NCBI GenBank assembly: GCA_965237415.1
Contig: CBDEFM010000002.1
Coordinates: 2,240,001 to 2,304,000, forward strand
Direction: 5' to 3'
DNA: 64,000 nt
DNA from: Alphaproteobacteria bacterium
Lineage (GTDB): Bacteria; Pseudomonadota; Alphaproteobacteria; UBA828
Translations under genes and position numbers: made by a program
Notes under the pieces: model-generated
What the model saw: only the letters and a program-made list of their open reading frames with translations
Database searches by the model: none
What the model was told of the DNA's origin: nothing
Shown: in pieces, positions 62,499 to 64,000 of the stretch
How the letters are laid out: the number at the start of each line of letters is the position of its first letter
Position numbering within the stretch: the stretch's first letter is position 1

Positions 62499-62823
62499 GT
62501 TCCGATCCCTTCCGTTCGTTTCGGTCGCGACCGGCGCGGCGCGGGCGTCCCCGTGTTGGGGAACACCCAGGACACGCCGGGTAACGGCGTCGGGTTCGAA
62601 GGTTGGAAGGGTCGGAAGGGCCGCGCTCAAACGCCGCGCGGGCTGCAAGCCCTTGTGGCTACCGGACTTTCAGCACATCGCGGATGCGTTGACGGGTTGT
62701 GATTTTCTACGCCCTGCGGCGCGGTTTCATCACACCCGACGCATCTCCGATGCAGCGCGCGCAAGGCTGCATTTGCGCCGCCTCCGGTGCCCCTGCGTAT
62801 GATCTTGCGCACCCCTGTCACCG

Positions 62824-62942
62824 CTTGTCGGCAGCTTCGTCGCCCGGCACGAGGGCGAGAGCGGGATCGTCTACTGCCTGTCTCGCCGGAAGACGGAGGA
62901 GACCGCCGCCATGCTGGCGGCGGACGGGGTCCGCGCGCTCTC
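62824..62942 (+). pseudogene. RecQ helicase fragment
   Basis: [19 protein letters not shown]. Confidence 0.55.
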
Positions 62943-63100
62943 AACGAGACGGCCCTCGGGGTGCGGAGGGATCTGGCTTTTCACATCCACTACGACAGAG
63001 CGCGGGCTAAGGGGAGTCGTTGAGATGACGCTCTGAAACGGCGCGATGGCACTCGGGGAGGAAGAGCATTCCACGAGGTCACTCAGCGTCAGGTATTTAG

Positions 63101-64000
63101 CCCGCTTTATTCGGCGCGGTCCGATGTTGCAGTGGCGGACATGGCGTAAGTCGTTGAGATTGGGTAGAAAGTCGGTGCGAAACGCATTTCTTCCCAGACA
63201 ACGAAAGCGCCACGCCCGCCATGACCGAAGATACCCTTCTCCCGTTCGATCTTCCAGCCGTTCGACGCAAGAAGGTGACCGCCGATTTCGAGGGCGGGCT
63301 GATCTCGTCCGACGGCGGGCTGGTCCTGTTGCGCGGGGCCGAACGCCGGCTCGGCCTGGCCGAGACGCTGGCGGGCTGCATCCGGGAGTGGCGGGACCCG
63401 GCGCTGGTGGTGCATACACTCCCGGCGATGCTGCGCTTCCGCATGTTCGCGATCGCGTGTGGCTACGAAGATGCCGACGACTGCGACGCCCTGCGCACCG
63501 ATCCCCTCTTCAAGCTGGCCGTGGGCCAGTCGCCGGAGAGCGGCCGCGCCCTGTGCTCGCAGCCGACCATGAGCCGTCTGGAGAACGCGCCCTCGCGGCT
63601 TGAGGTGGCGCGCATGACGGCGGCGCTGGTCGATCTCTTCTGCCGCTCCTTCCCGACCCCTCCCGCGGCCATCACCCTCGACATCGACGACACCTGCGAT
63701 CCGGTGCACGGTCACCAGCAGATGTCGCTGTTCCACGCCCACTACGACACCCGCTGCTTCCTGCCGGTCCACGTCTACCATGTGGAGAGCGGCAAGCCGG
63801 TGGCGGTGCTCCTGCGCCCGGGCAAGACGCCGTCCGGCGCCGAGGTCCGCACCCTCCTCAAGCACCTGGTCCGCCGCATCCGCCGGCACTGGCCGCGCAC
63901 CCGGCTCACCTTCCGGGGAGACGCCCACTATGGCCGGAGGCAGGCCATGACATGGTGCGAGGACAACGGCGTCGACTACATCTTCGGCCTGTCGGGCAAT
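63101..64000 (+). mobile_element. IS1380-family element (transposase from 63221, runs off the window)
   Basis: CCCGCTTTATT end; FEGGLISSDGG, GYEDADD, SQPTMSRLEN, LDIDDT and FRGDAHYG. Confidence 0.9.

Larger units (their letters stand above)
59022..62745 (-). mobile_element. Putative tandem-integrase element bounded by direct repeats
   Basis: TCACACCCGACGCATC at 59022-59037 and 62730-62745, each preceded by ACGCCCTGCGGCG. Confidence 0.6.

Noticed and set aside
1-64000. CRISPR array or cas genes
   Set aside because: I found no run of regularly spaced repeats with unique spacers and no Cas motifs.

Overview
This window is a heavily rearranged accessory region, probably a genomic island from an alphaproteobacterium, judging by the 3' half of an alphaproteobacterial-type tRNA-fMet at 50641-50685 that marks an att junction. 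It has no core housekeeping genes and no CRISPR array. It holds remnants of an integrative mobilizable/conjugative element: a tyrosine integrase next to the att site, a MOBF relaxase-helicase with a divergent accessory gene, ParB-like, DUF2493, RadC, two HU genes and FseA-like DUF2285/DUF6499 fragments. Transposable elements are dense: IS21 x2, IS110/IS1111, IS1634, IS1595 x3, IS66, IS1380, a 3'-truncated group II intron, a large serine recombinase unit with visible att sites, and a tandem tyrosine-integrase unit bounded by direct repeats. Cargo, much of it visibly lower in GC, includes an N6-MTase + PD-(D/E)xK nuclease pair, a subtilase/free-prodomain/M1-peptidase trio, Fic, a 2127-aa nuclease-TPR-PIN protein, a Ser/Thr kinase, VapBC and a Calx-beta/Fn3 autotransporter adhesin broken by one in-frame TAG. 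The best candidates for new biology are the protease trio with a stand-alone prodomain paralog and the giant nuclease-PIN protein/kinase pair. An IS1111 bridge/seekRNA also has guide segments that can be read directly against its target and donor. Many abrupt gene fusions could be real deletions or assembly chimeras. All family calls come from motif recognition only; no database searches were run.
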